A stretch of DNA of 64,000 nucleotides. Source: Patescibacteria group bacterium (GTDB lineage: Bacteria > Patescibacteriota > UBA1384 > XYA2-FULL-43-10 > 1-14-0-10-43-13). Shown piece by piece: positions 8,639 through 17,950 of the stretch. The number at the start of each line of letters is the position of its first letter. The first letter of the stretch is position 1. A program made the position numbers and the translations under genes. The notes beneath the pieces are model-generated. The model searched no databases and was not told the DNA's origin. It saw only the letters and a list, made by a program, of their open reading frames with translations. The stretch is taken from NCBI GenBank assembly GCA_041666325.1, contig JBAYHC010000004.1:128929-192928 (forward strand). The letters are read 5' to 3'.

Positions 8639-10924
8639 TTATCCTGGCCATTCGGCGATCATGATGGACTCTGAAAGTGATGGATAAACCTCGCGTAGAT
8701 CCTGCCACACCGCCTCTGTCACAAATGGCATGAAGGGATGAAGCATTACCAGCGTTTCCGACAGAACACTCAAGAGAACTCTTCTGGTGTTGTTGTTCAG
8801 CTCGGCCGTAACATCCTCGCCAAGTTGCCCTTTGGATGCCTCGATATAGACATCGGCAAACGTGTGCCAGAAATAGTCATAGAGAAGTTCGCCGGCAAGT
8901 GAAAATTTAAATTTGTTAAGGTGTTCTGTCACCTTTTTCTTTACTTCCTCATGTTGTTTTAGGATGTCCCTGTCAGCGTCAGTCAACAGTCCACCGTTGA
9001 TTTTTAGATCAGAAACAATCGTTTGACCCAATTCGCCACTCTTTAGATCGCCCTCTGACGCTCGCAACATAACATAGCGAGAGGCGTTCCAAATTTTATT
9101 AGAGAAATTACGAAAACCCTTAATTTTGCCCTCGCCCACAGGTATGTCTTGACCGGGAGTAGATCCCACGGTCAGCGCCATACGGATAGCATCAGTGCCA
9201 TATTTCGGAATCAGGTCGAGCGGATCGAGCGCGTTGCCCAACGATTTGCTCATTTTGCGATTATGCTCGTCTCGAACCAATCCGTGAAAATAAACGGTCT
9301 CAAATGGCGCCTTGCCGGTAAACTCAAGGCCGAACATGATCATCCTCGCTACCCAGAAAAAGATAATGTCATAGGCAGTTTCCATCACAGTTGTTGGGTA
9401 AAAGTAATTGTAGTCACATGTGGTCATGCCCGGAGCATAGGGAAGGGGGTATTCGCACTTTTTGCTATCAATATTGTCGGGCCATCCCAGTGTTGAGAAA
9501 GGCCAGAGACCGGATGAGAACCAAGTATCCAAAACATCGGGGTCCTGCACCCAACCGGCGCCATCAGGCGCTTGCATGCCAACAAAAACTTCCTCCTCTC
9601 CCTTTTCATTTTTCTTATACCAAACAGGAATCTGGTGCCCCCACCAGAGTTGGCGCGAGATACACCAGTCACGAATATTGTCCATCCAGTGAAAATATAT
9701 CTTGTCGAAACGCTCAGGAATAATCTTGATTGTGCCATCTTCCACAACCTTCTTGGCCTTCTCGGCCAAAGGCCTCATCTTAACAAACCACTGCTTGGAC
9801 GGCAGCGGCTCAACTGCACCGCCGCAACGATAACAAACGCTTAGATTATTAAGGTATTCATCCTCTTTTTCGAGCAAATTGTTGCAAGAGAGCCAGGCAA
9901 TCAACTTTTCCTTTGCTTCGGTAACCTTTAGGCCAGTATAATTCTCTCCGGCCTCATCAGTCATACGGCCCTCTTCATTGATAACTTTAATAACCGGAAG
10001 ATCATGTTCCTCTGCCATGCGCCAGTCAACCATAGAGTGAGCAGGTGTGACACCAACAGCGCCGGTACCAAACTTGGCGTCAACAGCCCGATCCGCGACA
10101 ACCTTGATCTGTCGCTTGTTTCCGTCTATCTCAACATCAAAACTTTTACCAATATATCTTTGATAGCGTTTATCTGAAGGATTTACGGCCACGGCCGTAT
10201 CGCCAAGCTTCGTCTCCGGTCTGGTTGTTGCGATAGTAATCGGAAAATTCTTGTCGTATTTGAAATAGTATAGCTTGGATTTTTGTTCAACATGCTCAAC
10301 CTCATCATCGGCGATAGCTGTGTGACACCTTGGGCACCAGTTAACAATATATTCACCTCGATAGATGAGGCCTTTGCCATATAAATCGACAAATGCCCTC
10401 CGAACAGCAAGACTTAAGCCATCATCAAGCGTAAACCGCTCTCTCGACCAATCACAGGAGGCACCGAGACGACGTATCTGAGAGGTAATGATGTCGCCAT
10501 ACTTTCCTTTCCACTCCCAAACCTTCTCGACGAACTTCTCACGACCCAAATCGTTCTTATTTATCCCCTCTTTTCGTAGGGCTTTGTCGACAACGGTCTG
10601 AGTTGCTATACCAGCATGATCAGTGCCCGGCAGCCAAAGTGTTGGCTCTCCAAGGAGGCGATGGTAACGAGCCATAATATCCTCAACTGTCACAACCATG
10701 CCATGGCCCATGTGAAGCTTACCCGTAACGTTGGGTGGGGGCATTGATATCACAAAAGGCTTACCGTTGACTTCGCGATCATAGGCTAGCTGGCCGAGAA
10801 CTTTGCCACTATTGCCTTTCATGTTTATCTCTGGTTTAAAATAGCCGGAGCTTTCCCACTTTTGGTAAATCTTCTCCTCAAATTCCTTCGGCTCCCAGGT
10901 TTTTTCGATTGTTTTCTTTGCCAT
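8639..10924 (-). CDS. valS: Valine--tRNA ligase. It is a compact 761-aa form.
   Basis: The HIGH-class motif is PPPNVTGKLHMGHG and the KMSKS motif is NRKMSKSLGN. An editing-domain-like middle region is present. The N-terminal motif matches ValRS rather than IleRS or LeuRS. Confidence 0.8.
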   Translation of the reverse strand: MAKKTIEKTWEPKEFEEKIYQKWESSGYFKPEINMKGNSGKVLGQLAYDREVNGKPFVISMPPPNVTGKLHMGHGMVVTVEDIMARYHRLLGEPTLWLPGTDHAGIATQTVVDKALRKEGINKNDLGREKFVEKVWEWKGKYGDIITSQIRRLGASCDWSRERFTLDDGLSLAVRRAFVDLYGKGLIYRGEYIVNWCPRCHTAIADDEVEHVEQKSKLYYFKYDKNFPITIATTRPETKLGDTAVAVNPSDKRYQRYIGKSFDVEIDGNKRQIKVVADRAVDAKFGTGAVGVTPAHSMVDWRMAEEHDLPVIKVINEEGRMTDEAGENYTGLKVTEAKEKLIAWLSCNNLLEKEDEYLNNLSVCYRCGGAVEPLPSKQWFVKMRPLAEKAKKVVEDGTIKIIPERFDKIYFHWMDNIRDWCISRQLWWGHQIPVWYKKNEKGEEEVFVGMQAPDGAGWVQDPDVLDTWFSSGLWPFSTLGWPDNIDSKKCEYPLPYAPGMTTCDYNYFYPTTVMETAYDIIFFWVARMIMFGLEFTGKAPFETVYFHGLVRDEHNRKMSKSLGNALDPLDLIPKYGTDAIRMALTVGSTPGQDIPVGEGKIKGFRNFSNKIWNASRYVMLRASEGDLKSGELGQTIVSDLKINGGLLTDADRDILKQHEEVKKKVTEHLNKFKFSLAGELLYDYFWHTFADVYIEASKGQLGEDVTAELNNNTRRVLLSVLSETLVMLHPFMPFVTEAVWQDLREVYPSLSESIMIAEWPG

Positions 10925-11109
10925 AATTAAGCCTTATTTTTGTTAGTGCTATCTGTCCTTGATAATCAAAACTTAGCACAATTACGATCGAATTCCTAGT
11001 ACCACCCCATCATAATGATTGTGTATATTTCGCAGTACTAGTGCCGTGAGAATTCAGGGAAAGCGCAGTGGTGTTGACGGCGCGAAGCCTTGCGAAGAGC
11101 GAAGTAGCA

Positions 11110-11529
11110 CTAGGCATCGACCATATTATTACGAACAAATTTTTTGACAGCAGAGAGTGTCTCGTCCTTGAATTGAGCAGGAGAGGCTGCCACCCAGACA
11201 GCAAACTCATATAGCTCCTCGTTTTCGACCTGTATCCATTTCCCGTTTTTGGCCAAGAAGTGGAAGAGGGTCGTGATAGCAATACGCTTGTTTCCATTCT
11301 GAAAGGGGTGGTTTTTGATCATCAAATAAAAAAGGATGGAGGATTGATCGATAATGCCTCGATAAAGCGCACGCTTATTGAAGGTCTGAAAAGGGGCAGC
11401 AAGACAGCTCTCTAAAACATTAGGAAAACGAGAGGTAAAGTCGGGGATTGGCTCATCCCAAGCAAGCAACTTCTTGGCAAGACGATAGGAAATCATCTCA
11501 ACCTCTTGTAAAGAAACCATGAAGATCAT
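11110..11529 (-). CDS. Doc/Fic-family toxin. It carries an HPFQNGNKR motif.
   Basis: The ...KNHPFQNGNKRIAITTLF... sequence matches the Doc H-x-F-x-(D/N)-G-N-K-R active-site motif. The gene overlaps the upstream small HTH gene by 4 bp. Confidence 0.65.
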   Translation of the reverse strand: MIFMVSLQEVEMISYRLAKKLLAWDEPIPDFTSRFPNVLESCLAAPFQTFNKRALYRGIIDQSSILFYLMIKNHPFQNGNKRIAITTLFHFLAKNGKWIQVENEELYEFAVWVAASPAQFKDETLSAVKKFVRNNMVDA

Positions 11530-11780
11530 TCTCGCCCCAGTCTCTTTAGTGCCTCACCGTATTGATCAAAAAGCCGATCAACCGTACGGTTAACAACTTC
11601 TTTTTCAATATGGCTTAAGAATTCATTGGGTACTCCAAGGTCATGAATATTTATAAGGAAACCATGGCCCTTGCGTTTCGCCGGAATCGTGCCATTCTTA
11701 ACCAAGCGAAAGACCTGTGTTCGGTGAAGGCCAAGAATTTGACCGGCTTCTGTTGTGGATACGTATTTTTCTCTCTTCAT
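11526..11780 (-). CDS. Small HTH DNA-binding protein (excisionase/MerR-like helix-turn-helix). It is the putative antitoxin partner of the Doc toxin.
   Basis: The HTH reads TTEAGQILGLHRTQVFRLVKNGTIPAKR. The protein is 84 aa. It is translationally coupled to the Doc gene through an ATGA overlap. Confidence 0.5.
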   Translation of the reverse strand: MKREKYVSTTEAGQILGLHRTQVFRLVKNGTIPAKRKGHGFLINIHDLGVPNEFLSHIEKEVVNRTVDRLFDQYGEALKRLGRE

Positions 11781-12001
11781 AGTAAAATCACTATATCAAA
11801 AGTTGAACGATTAGAGCAATGCAACATGTACAAATGAGGCGGAGAAAGAGCATGATTAATGATTGTGCCAAATTGCGTACATGCGTTGGGTAAGCGCAAT
11901 GATGCAGCAAAACTTAGGAAAACAGGCTCATTTGAGCGTAAGCGAGTCAGACAGGAGAAATCACAAGTATTTAATATAATTGGGCACTATTCGGCTTGGG
12001 A

Positions 12002-13204
12002 TCACAAGGCCATATTTGAGTCGATTGTGACTTGATTCCAGGACTTTACGTCACCTTTGACCGCATGATAATAGCCTGCTAGAGCTATCATGGCGGCATT
12101 GTCGCCGCATAGGTGAATTGGAGGGACGTAGAGATCAGGCTTAATCTCCAGGCTATTTACGGCGTTTGCTAGGCTGTGGCGGAGATGCGTGTTTGCCGCT
12201 ACTCCGCCTGCAAGGATAATAGTTATTGGCTCGTATTTCTGCACGGCTTTCATCGTTTTAGCGACCAAAACATCAACTGCGGCATCCTCAAAGGCAGCTG
12301 CAATGCTAGCCTTGAGGTCAGCACTTAAGTGGCTTTTTTCCCTCACTTCCCGCAACACTGCCGTCTTTAAGCCGGAGAAAGAGAAATTAAATGTTCCATC
12401 ATTAAGCAGTGGCCGCGGAAAACTAACCGCATTCCTGGCCGCGGCTTGGCTAGTCCTGTATTTGCCGGCCAATTTCGAAACTGCGGGCCCTCCGGGGTAA
12501 CCTATACCTAATAGTTTTGCCACTTTATCGAAGGCTTCGCCAGCAGCGTCGTCGAGGGTTTGACCAATAATTTCGTATTTCCCGTGATCTCTCATCAATA
12601 TCAGGGATGTATGGCCACCCGAAACCACCAGCGCAAGGGCAGGGAAGCTGATTTCACGTAGCAGGTAGCATGTATCATGTATCGTGCCTTGTTTGTTTTG
12701 CTCTTTTCGGTTTTGGGCTGTTGGATCCTTACTTTGGATTTTCGATTTCGGATTTTGGATTTCCTCTGCGGCAGCAGAGTATATATGGCCCTCAATGTGA
12801 TGAATTGGAACTATGGGCAAATCGCAGGCATAGGCAAGTGACTTTGCCGCATTAAAGCCAACCAGGAGCGAGCCAATCAATCCTGGGCCAGAAGTAACGG
12901 CAATATGGCTAATTTTGTGGTGCAAAGAATTGATCGCTCCTTGAATATCTGGGTGATCACTGAAACCAGCCTGCAAAAGTGCCTCGGCTACAACCGGCAC
13001 AATTGCTTCCATGTGCGCTCTAGAGGCAACCTCCGGCACGATACCGCCGGTTTTTGCATGCAGGTCAACCTGAGAAGAAACAATGTTCGACAAAATGACA
13101 GGCGGGTTAACGCCATCGCCCGTCACTACTGCGGCTGCGGTCTCGTCGCAAGATGACTCAATTCCCAAAATGATATATTTTTTCTCTGTGTCTATGTGTG
13201 TCAT
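12002..13204 (-). CDS. tsaD: tRNA N6-adenosine threonylcarbamoyltransferase TsaD (Kae1/Gcp). It carries a roughly 35-aa low-complexity in-frame insertion.
   Basis: Conserved TsaD motifs are present: GIESSCDET, HHIEGH, VVSGGHT and DDAAGEAFDK. The insertion QNPKSKIQSKDPTAQNRKEQNKQGTIHDTCYLLRE is encoded by (gattttc)-type repeats at 12652-12760. Confidence 0.9.
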   Translation of the reverse strand: MTHIDTEKKYIILGIESSCDETAAAVVTGDGVNPPVILSNIVSSQVDLHAKTGGIVPEVASRAHMEAIVPVVAEALLQAGFSDHPDIQGAINSLHHKISHIAVTSGPGLIGSLLVGFNAAKSLAYACDLPIVPIHHIEGHIYSAAAEEIQNPKSKIQSKDPTAQNRKEQNKQGTIHDTCYLLREISFPALALVVSGGHTSLILMRDHGKYEIIGQTLDDAAGEAFDKVAKLLGIGYPGGPAVSKLAGKYRTSQAAARNAVSFPRPLLNDGTFNFSFSGLKTAVLREVREKSHLSADLKASIAAAFEDAAVDVLVAKTMKAVQKYEPITIILAGGVAANTHLRHSLANAVNSLEIKPDLYVPPIHLCGDNAAMIALAGYYHAVKGDVKSWNQVTIDSNMAL

Positions 13205-13403
13205 AACTTTATGAATTTCATCATGATAGCACCTTTCCCTGTCCGTCTCAAGACGAGACCCGGATTGACAACTTGTCTTGACACGAAACAGAGATCATTT
13301 CCGATAAAGACTGGGTTGCGCGAGCGTCCTGGCAACGATTATTTACACATCGATCCACATCCACGGTTGTTGAATACGCTCTCAAGTGGTAACATATTAA
13401 AAG

Positions 13404-14345
13404 ATGAATAACTCAATCTTCCAAACCGAATCGTGGGCAGAATTTAAACTTTCCACCGGTTACTCGGACAAATACCGGCTGGATGATGTTTTGGTTTTGG
13501 ACAAGAAATTACCACTACTCCGGTCGATGCTTTACTCGCCGATGGTAAGCGCAAGTCAGGAATCGAGGCTTCTAAACCAGGAGTTTATCAGTAGCATCAG
13601 GTCGCTGGCAACAAAAACAAATGCAATCTTTTATCGCCTAGAACTGGGCGTCCCCATCGACGAGATACGAGATACGAGATACGAGATACGAAAGCTCGGC
13701 TTTCGCAAGTCTTTCGAGGAGATGCAGCCCGAGCACACTCTCGTCCTCGACATAAATAATACCGAGGAAGATATTCTTGCCCAGATGAAGCCAAAGGGCA
13801 GATACAATATCAAGATTGCCAGCAAAAACCAAATCGAGATTATGGTCTCAGACAAACCGGGCCAAGAGCTGGACCACTTCTATGAGCTTTACGAAACAAT
13901 GGCAAGGCGCCAAAATATCTCCCGCAGAAACAAAGCATACTTCGAGGCTCTACTTGAAATCATGTCTAGATTGGGGTATATTAGAGTATACAACGCCGTG
14001 GCCACAGTTGAGAACAAGAAGCATGTTTTGGCAGCTGCGATCATTTGCTTCTATGGCGAGCGAGCAACGTATCTCTTCGGCGGTTCAAGCAATGAACACC
14101 GAAATCTCATGGCTCCATATCTTCTCCATTGGCAGATAATCAAAGACGCCAAGCAGATTGGATGTAGCGAATACGACCTTTTCGGTGTTGCGCCGAATGA
14201 CGACGAAAAGCACCCATGGGCTGGTGTAACACGCTTCAAAAACCAATTTGGCGGCAAACGAGTTGATCTTGTCGGCAGTTGGGATCTAGTGTTCAAGCCA
14301 ACTGAATACGAGATATTTAAATTTGTCGAAAAAATTAGACGCTAG
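13404..14345 (+). CDS. FemAB-family peptidyltransferase (peptidoglycan interpeptide bridge formation). It contains an in-frame (GAGATAC)4 heptamer run.
   Basis: The C-terminal motif ...GGSSNEHRNLMAPYLLHWQIIKDAKQIGCSEYDLFGV... is typical of the FemAB/FemX family. The heptamer repeat at 13662-13689 encodes ...DEIRDTRYEIRK... Confidence 0.75.
   Translation: MNNSIFQTESWAEFKLSTGYSDKYRLDDVLVLDKKLPLLRSMLYSPMVSASQESRLLNQEFISSIRSLATKTNAIFYRLELGVPIDEIRDTRYEIRKLGFRKSFEEMQPEHTLVLDINNTEEDILAQMKPKGRYNIKIASKNQIEIMVSDKPGQELDHFYELYETMARRQNISRRNKAYFEALLEIMSRLGYIRVYNAVATVENKKHVLAAAIICFYGERATYLFGGSSNEHRNLMAPYLLHWQIIKDAKQIGCSEYDLFGVAPNDDEKHPWAGVTRFKNQFGGKRVDLVGSWDLVFKPTEYEIFKFVEKIRR
13662..13689. repeat. Tandem heptanucleotide repeat (GAGATAC)x4 lying inside the femAB-like gene
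   Basis: The sequence cgagatacgagatacgagatacgagatacgaaa was seen directly. Confidence 0.9.
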
Positions 14346-15747
14346 ATATGACGAACAGAGACCGGAGCCGAAGATCACTCGCGTCCAACCGCTAGAAATT
14401 AATTGTCAATCCCGAATTATGAAAAGATTTATATCAAAAATTGTCCCACAGTTGACTAAGAACAGGTACCACAAGCTTCAAGCTAATTACGCCCGGTTCC
14501 GCTATGGCAACCCAAGCCGCAAACTTGTTGTCATCGGCGTAACGGGAACAAAGGGAAAAACAACCGTCTGTAACATGATCGCCTCAATTCTTGATGCCAG
14601 CGGCAAGCCTAATGCCATGGAGACAACCATCAACACCAAAATCCTCGACAAGATCACTCCTCATACAACAAAGGCTCGCTGGGTTACTACTCCGCCACCA
14701 TCAGTTGTTCAACAATTCTTGCGCGATGCAAAAAAGGCCGGTTGCGAATACGCCATCCTCGAAGTCACCTCCCAAGCTATCGATCAGTACCGAATCTGGG
14801 GGATTGAGTTCGACGTGCTGGTCTATACCAATCTTTCGCACGATCACCTTGATTATCATCTGACAAAGGAAAAATATCTCGAAGCTAAACTCAAGGTATT
14901 CAGAGATAATCCCAAGGCTAAATTTGTCATCAACCATGATGACAGTTACTGGAATCGCTTTTACTCGCTACCAGCAACAGAGCGGTTCCTGTATTCAATC
15001 AAGCAACCCATGGAACACGGAGCGGTTGCTCGAAAAATCTTGCCGGGCTCAAGCGACATCACCTTTACCGTTGCCCACGACGACGGCCAGATCACAATCA
15101 ACCTGAATCTTCCCGGCCAATTCAATGTCCTAAACTCGCTAGCAGCGTTCTGTGTGGGTCTAGCACTCGAACTGGAACCAGAGAAGATTAAGAAGGGATT
15201 AGAGGACATTAAGCAAATTACGGGCAGGATGGAACCGATCAGAACATCCTCGAAGCAAGACTTCACCGTCATCGTTGATTACGCTCATAACCCAGACTCC
15301 CTCAAGAACGTTTATGAAACGACTCGCGAAAGCATGAAAAAGGCCGGAGGAAGACTTATCGCAGTCCTCGGAGCAACCGGCAGAAGAGACAAGACAAAAA
15401 GACCATTGATGGGCGCACTTGCCGGGCGGTATGCAGACCTAGTTATTTTTACCAACGAAGACCCGTACGACGAAGACCCAAACACAATTATCGAAGAGGT
15501 TGCTGCCGGCATTCACAGGGGAGCACTCAAGAAACACCAGTGGCATCTGGGGCGCAACTACTGGAAGGTGATCGATAGGGCCCAAGCCATTCATCAAGCA
15601 ATCAAAGAAGCACACAAGGGCGATGTCGTCATCATCACCGGGAAGGGTGCCGAAGAGGTCATGGCAGTCGGCCTAGATGAATTTATTCCATTTTCTGACC
15701 GAAGCATCGCCAAGCAAGAGCTCTTGCGACGCTTCCGGGAAGACTAA
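14323..15747 (+). CDS. murE: Mur ligase family protein, MurE-like (UDP-MurNAc-dipeptide: diamino-acid ligase). It has a TTG start at 14323, or alternatively an ATG at 14419.
   Basis: The P-loop is VIGVTGTKGKTT. DYAHNPDSL and GRRDKTKRPLMG motifs typical of MurE are present. The gene overlaps the end of femAB. Confidence 0.7.
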   Translation: MSKKLDARYDEQRPEPKITRVQPLEINCQSRIMKRFISKIVPQLTKNRYHKLQANYARFRYGNPSRKLVVIGVTGTKGKTTVCNMIASILDASGKPNAMETTINTKILDKITPHTTKARWVTTPPPSVVQQFLRDAKKAGCEYAILEVTSQAIDQYRIWGIEFDVLVYTNLSHDHLDYHLTKEKYLEAKLKVFRDNPKAKFVINHDDSYWNRFYSLPATERFLYSIKQPMEHGAVARKILPGSSDITFTVAHDDGQITINLNLPGQFNVLNSLAAFCVGLALELEPEKIKKGLEDIKQITGRMEPIRTSSKQDFTVIVDYAHNPDSLKNVYETTRESMKKAGGRLIAVLGATGRRDKTKRPLMGALAGRYADLVIFTNEDPYDEDPNTIIEEVAAGIHRGALKKHQWHLGRNYWKVIDRAQAIHQAIKEAHKGDVVIITGKGAEEVMAVGLDEFIPFSDRSIAKQELLRRFRED

Positions 15748-15780
15748 ACGCCGCCCCTACAAACTTACGAATCACTCGAA

Positions 15781-15858
15781 ATTACCAAATTACGAAACTA
15801 CCAATAACGGTATTTGTATTTTCGTATTTTCGTTTGAATTCGTACTTTGGTAGGGGAT
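15781..15858. repeat. Palindromic intergenic element. Its arms are taccaaattacgaaact... and ...gaattcgtactttggtagg. It is related to the elements at 30051-30182 and 8058-8103.
   Basis: The inverted repeat and the similarity to the other copies were seen directly. Confidence 0.5.
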
Positions 15859-15872
15859 TTGGCCACGCGGTC

Positions 15873-15901
15873 TTGACAACAGGCGCCTTTTTTGTTACAA
15901 T
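15873..15901 (+). promoter_or_regulatory. Near-consensus sigma70 promoter: TTGACA, 17 bp spacer, TACAAT
   Basis: TTGACA lies at 15873-15878 and TACAAT at 15896-15901, with an exact 17-bp spacer. It is about 90 bp upstream of the small ORF at 15990. Confidence 0.45.
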
Positions 15902-15989
15902 GACATAATTTGCCAATCTGGAATCAAAGGTAAATCGATGCTGGCGACCATACCAGACCATAAATGTCAAGTAACAACCTAGGAGGGAA

Positions 15990-16166
15990 ATGTCAAAAAT
16001 CAAAGTTAAAAAAATAGAGGATCCGAATACTGAGGTCCCGATTCATAGCGCCTTCGACCGCATAGAGGCGATCAAGGCCGAGATCTCCGGCTTTACAACA
16101 GCGCCGCACCTTGCCGAGGTAGAGGTCTTTGATATGTGGGGGGACAGCTCAGCAGAGACAAGCTAG
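15990..16166 (+). CDS. Small hypothetical protein (58 aa, acidic) that is absent from the ORF track. It has a strong ribosome-binding site and a strong promoter.
   Basis: An AGGAGGG site lies 6 nt upstream of the ATG at 15990. The product is MSKIKVKKIEDPNTEVPIHSAFDRIEAIKAEISGFTTAPHLAEVEVFDMWGDSSAETS. I do not recognise its family. Confidence 0.35.
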   Translation: MSKIKVKKIEDPNTEVPIHSAFDRIEAIKAEISGFTTAPHLAEVEVFDMWGDSSAETS

Positions 16167-16217
16167 CCCACACGAGAGGGCTAGAAACAAAAAACCAACC
16201 CAATGACTAATCTTGCG

Positions 16218-17228
16218 TTATTGATTATCATTCTCGTGTCTGGGTTCTGGGCTAGGAACCTGAAGGTCAACACCAACAGGTTTTTTTGTTTGCAAGGTTT
16301 TGCCATGAAAAGCTTGATGGACTTCGCGCAGGTGCTGATCGGTCACATGGGTATAAACCTGGGTTGTCGTGATTGAAGAGTGACCGAGCAGTGATTGAAC
16401 ACTGCGGATATCAGCACCAGCCATCAAAAGGTCCGTAGCGAATGAGTGACGTAGCGTATGGGGCGAGACATGCTTCAATACTCCAGCCTTTTTAGCACAG
16501 CGCTCAACTATGCGCTGAACTGTTCTGACTGAGATGCGATCATTCTTGGGTGAAATAAAGAGTGGTTCGCTTGTCTTACCGGAGAGTGAACCCTCCTCAG
16601 GTTTCGTGAATCCTCGATTCTTAATGTATTGCTCCAACCACTGTTTGGCCTCGCCCGAGAGGAAAACTACACGCAGCTTTCGACCCTTGCCCAGCACAGC
16701 TATTTCACCACTTTCGAGATTTATATCATCAAGGTCCAAACTTACTAACTCCGATACTCGCATTCCAGTCGAGAAGAGAACCGCCAGGATTGCCCGGTCG
16801 CGCAAGCCCACCAACTTGCTTGTATCGAGTGAATTAAAGATCGAAGAAACTTCTCCTCCCTGTAAAAAATTTATCTCTCGGTCACCAATCTTGGCGAGAG
16901 AAACCTTTTCTGGAGAAAGAGAATTTACGCCTCGAAAAGCGAGGTAGCGCAAAAAAGCACGGAGAGAAATTACGTGATAATTCTGAGTCACTTTCTTTAG
17001 ACCGTGACCGGCGGGCTCCTTGAGCCGATTTACGTACAGCTTGTACTGTCTGACTATCTCCTGGTCAATCATCGACGGCACTAATTGCTCGCCCGACCTC
17101 TGAGTCTTGAGCCACTCGAGAAAACGACCGAGATATCGATCATAATTTTCGATAGTCAGAGCAGACTGGCCTTTGTCTAATTCGCAGTACTCGAGGAACT
17201 CTCTTTTTAGATCGAATAAATCCTTCAT
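16218..17228 (-). CDS. xerC: Tyrosine site-specific recombinase (XerC/XerD family). The likely start is the internal ATG at 17228. The track start at 17303 would read through 15-bp tandem repeats.
   Basis: The C-terminal catalytic region is ...HTLRHSFATDLLMAGADIRSVQSLLGHSSITTTQVYTHV. The N-terminal core-binding domain is present. In the long form the N-terminus would read GHLVLSRLVLSHLVLSHLVLSH, which is encoded by repeats. Confidence 0.8.
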   Translation of the reverse strand: MKDLFDLKREFLEYCELDKGQSALTIENYDRYLGRFLEWLKTQRSGEQLVPSMIDQEIVRQYKLYVNRLKEPAGHGLKKVTQNYHVISLRAFLRYLAFRGVNSLSPEKVSLAKIGDREINFLQGGEVSSIFNSLDTSKLVGLRDRAILAVLFSTGMRVSELVSLDLDDINLESGEIAVLGKGRKLRVVFLSGEAKQWLEQYIKNRGFTKPEEGSLSGKTSEPLFISPKNDRISVRTVQRIVERCAKKAGVLKHVSPHTLRHSFATDLLMAGADIRSVQSLLGHSSITTTQVYTHVTDQHLREVHQAFHGKTLQTKKPVGVDLQVPSPEPRHENDNQ

Positions 17229-17303
17229 AAAAAAGTGCGAAAGTACTAAGTGTGAAAGTACTAAGTGTGAAAGCACCAAGCGTGAAAGTACTAAGTGCCC
17301 CAC
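17229..17303. repeat. About four tandem copies of a 15-16 bp unit (GTGAAAGTACTAAGT) immediately 5' of the recombinase ATG
   Basis: The sequence gtgcgaaagtactaagtgtgaaagtactaagtgtgaaagcaccaagcgtgaaagtactaagtg was seen directly. Related motifs occur at 49320-49465. Confidence 0.8.
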
Positions 17304-17386
17304 CCGGGGCCCCTTTGCGGGGTGAAAGGAATCGCATCATTGCGACGCCACTTAGTGCTTAGAACCTTCACACCTTCATGCTATAT

Positions 17387-17950
17387 TTATGCTTCATATT
17401 TCCAGTATTTTTCGTATGTATGAACAAACCGATAGGCGGCCACACCAGAGAGAATGCCAAGTATGGCGCCAGCAATAGTGTCAGAGGGGTAGTGCAAACC
17501 GGTACCAACTCGCCCGAGAGCAACAAAGATTGCCAATACTAACAAAAAAGCACCCAGCTTCTTGTGGCCATACAAAAAAACACTTGTGGCTATAGCAAAA
17601 ACTATATAAGTGTGGCTAGAAGGAAAGGAGCTAATGCGGCCTTCGGCCAGCTCCCGAACGACGGGATTAATTATTGTCTCGTGCGTTATAAAAGGCCTCG
17701 GACGACGCCAAAACATAAAGATCAAGAGATCGATAAATCCACCCAGGGCCATCGCCGTAAAGGAACAAAGGAATGCGTTGATCCGGCGCATCCAGATGAG
17801 ATAGGTAAAAGAGACCAGAAAAAAGACAATTCCATACTGGGCAAAGAAATAATAGAACTTAAGCCACGCCGCAGACTCCACGCCTCTCTGATACAGAGCT
17901 TCGTAGATGGTGTAGTCATAATATCTGATAATATCAAGATATTTTTCCAT
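17387..17950 (-). CDS. PAP2-superfamily phosphatase (BcrC/PgpB-like undecaprenyl-diphosphate phosphatase)
   Basis: The three PAP2 motifs are present: FWRRPRPF (KxxxxxxRP), FPSSHT (PSGH) and GRVGTGLHYPSDTIAG (SRxxxxxHxxxD). The protein has multiple TM helices. Confidence 0.75.
   Translation of the reverse strand: MEKYLDIIRYYDYTIYEALYQRGVESAAWLKFYYFFAQYGIVFFLVSFTYLIWMRRINAFLCSFTAMALGGFIDLLIFMFWRRPRPFITHETIINPVVRELAEGRISSFPSSHTYIVFAIATSVFLYGHKKLGAFLLVLAIFVALGRVGTGLHYPSDTIAGAILGILSGVAAYRFVHTYEKYWKYEA

Noticed and set aside
15782-16003. 73-aa minus-strand ORF across the intergenic palindromic element
   Set aside because: It starts at a TTG, runs through the repeat element and the promoter, and overlaps the better-supported plus-strand small ORF. 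It has no motif support.
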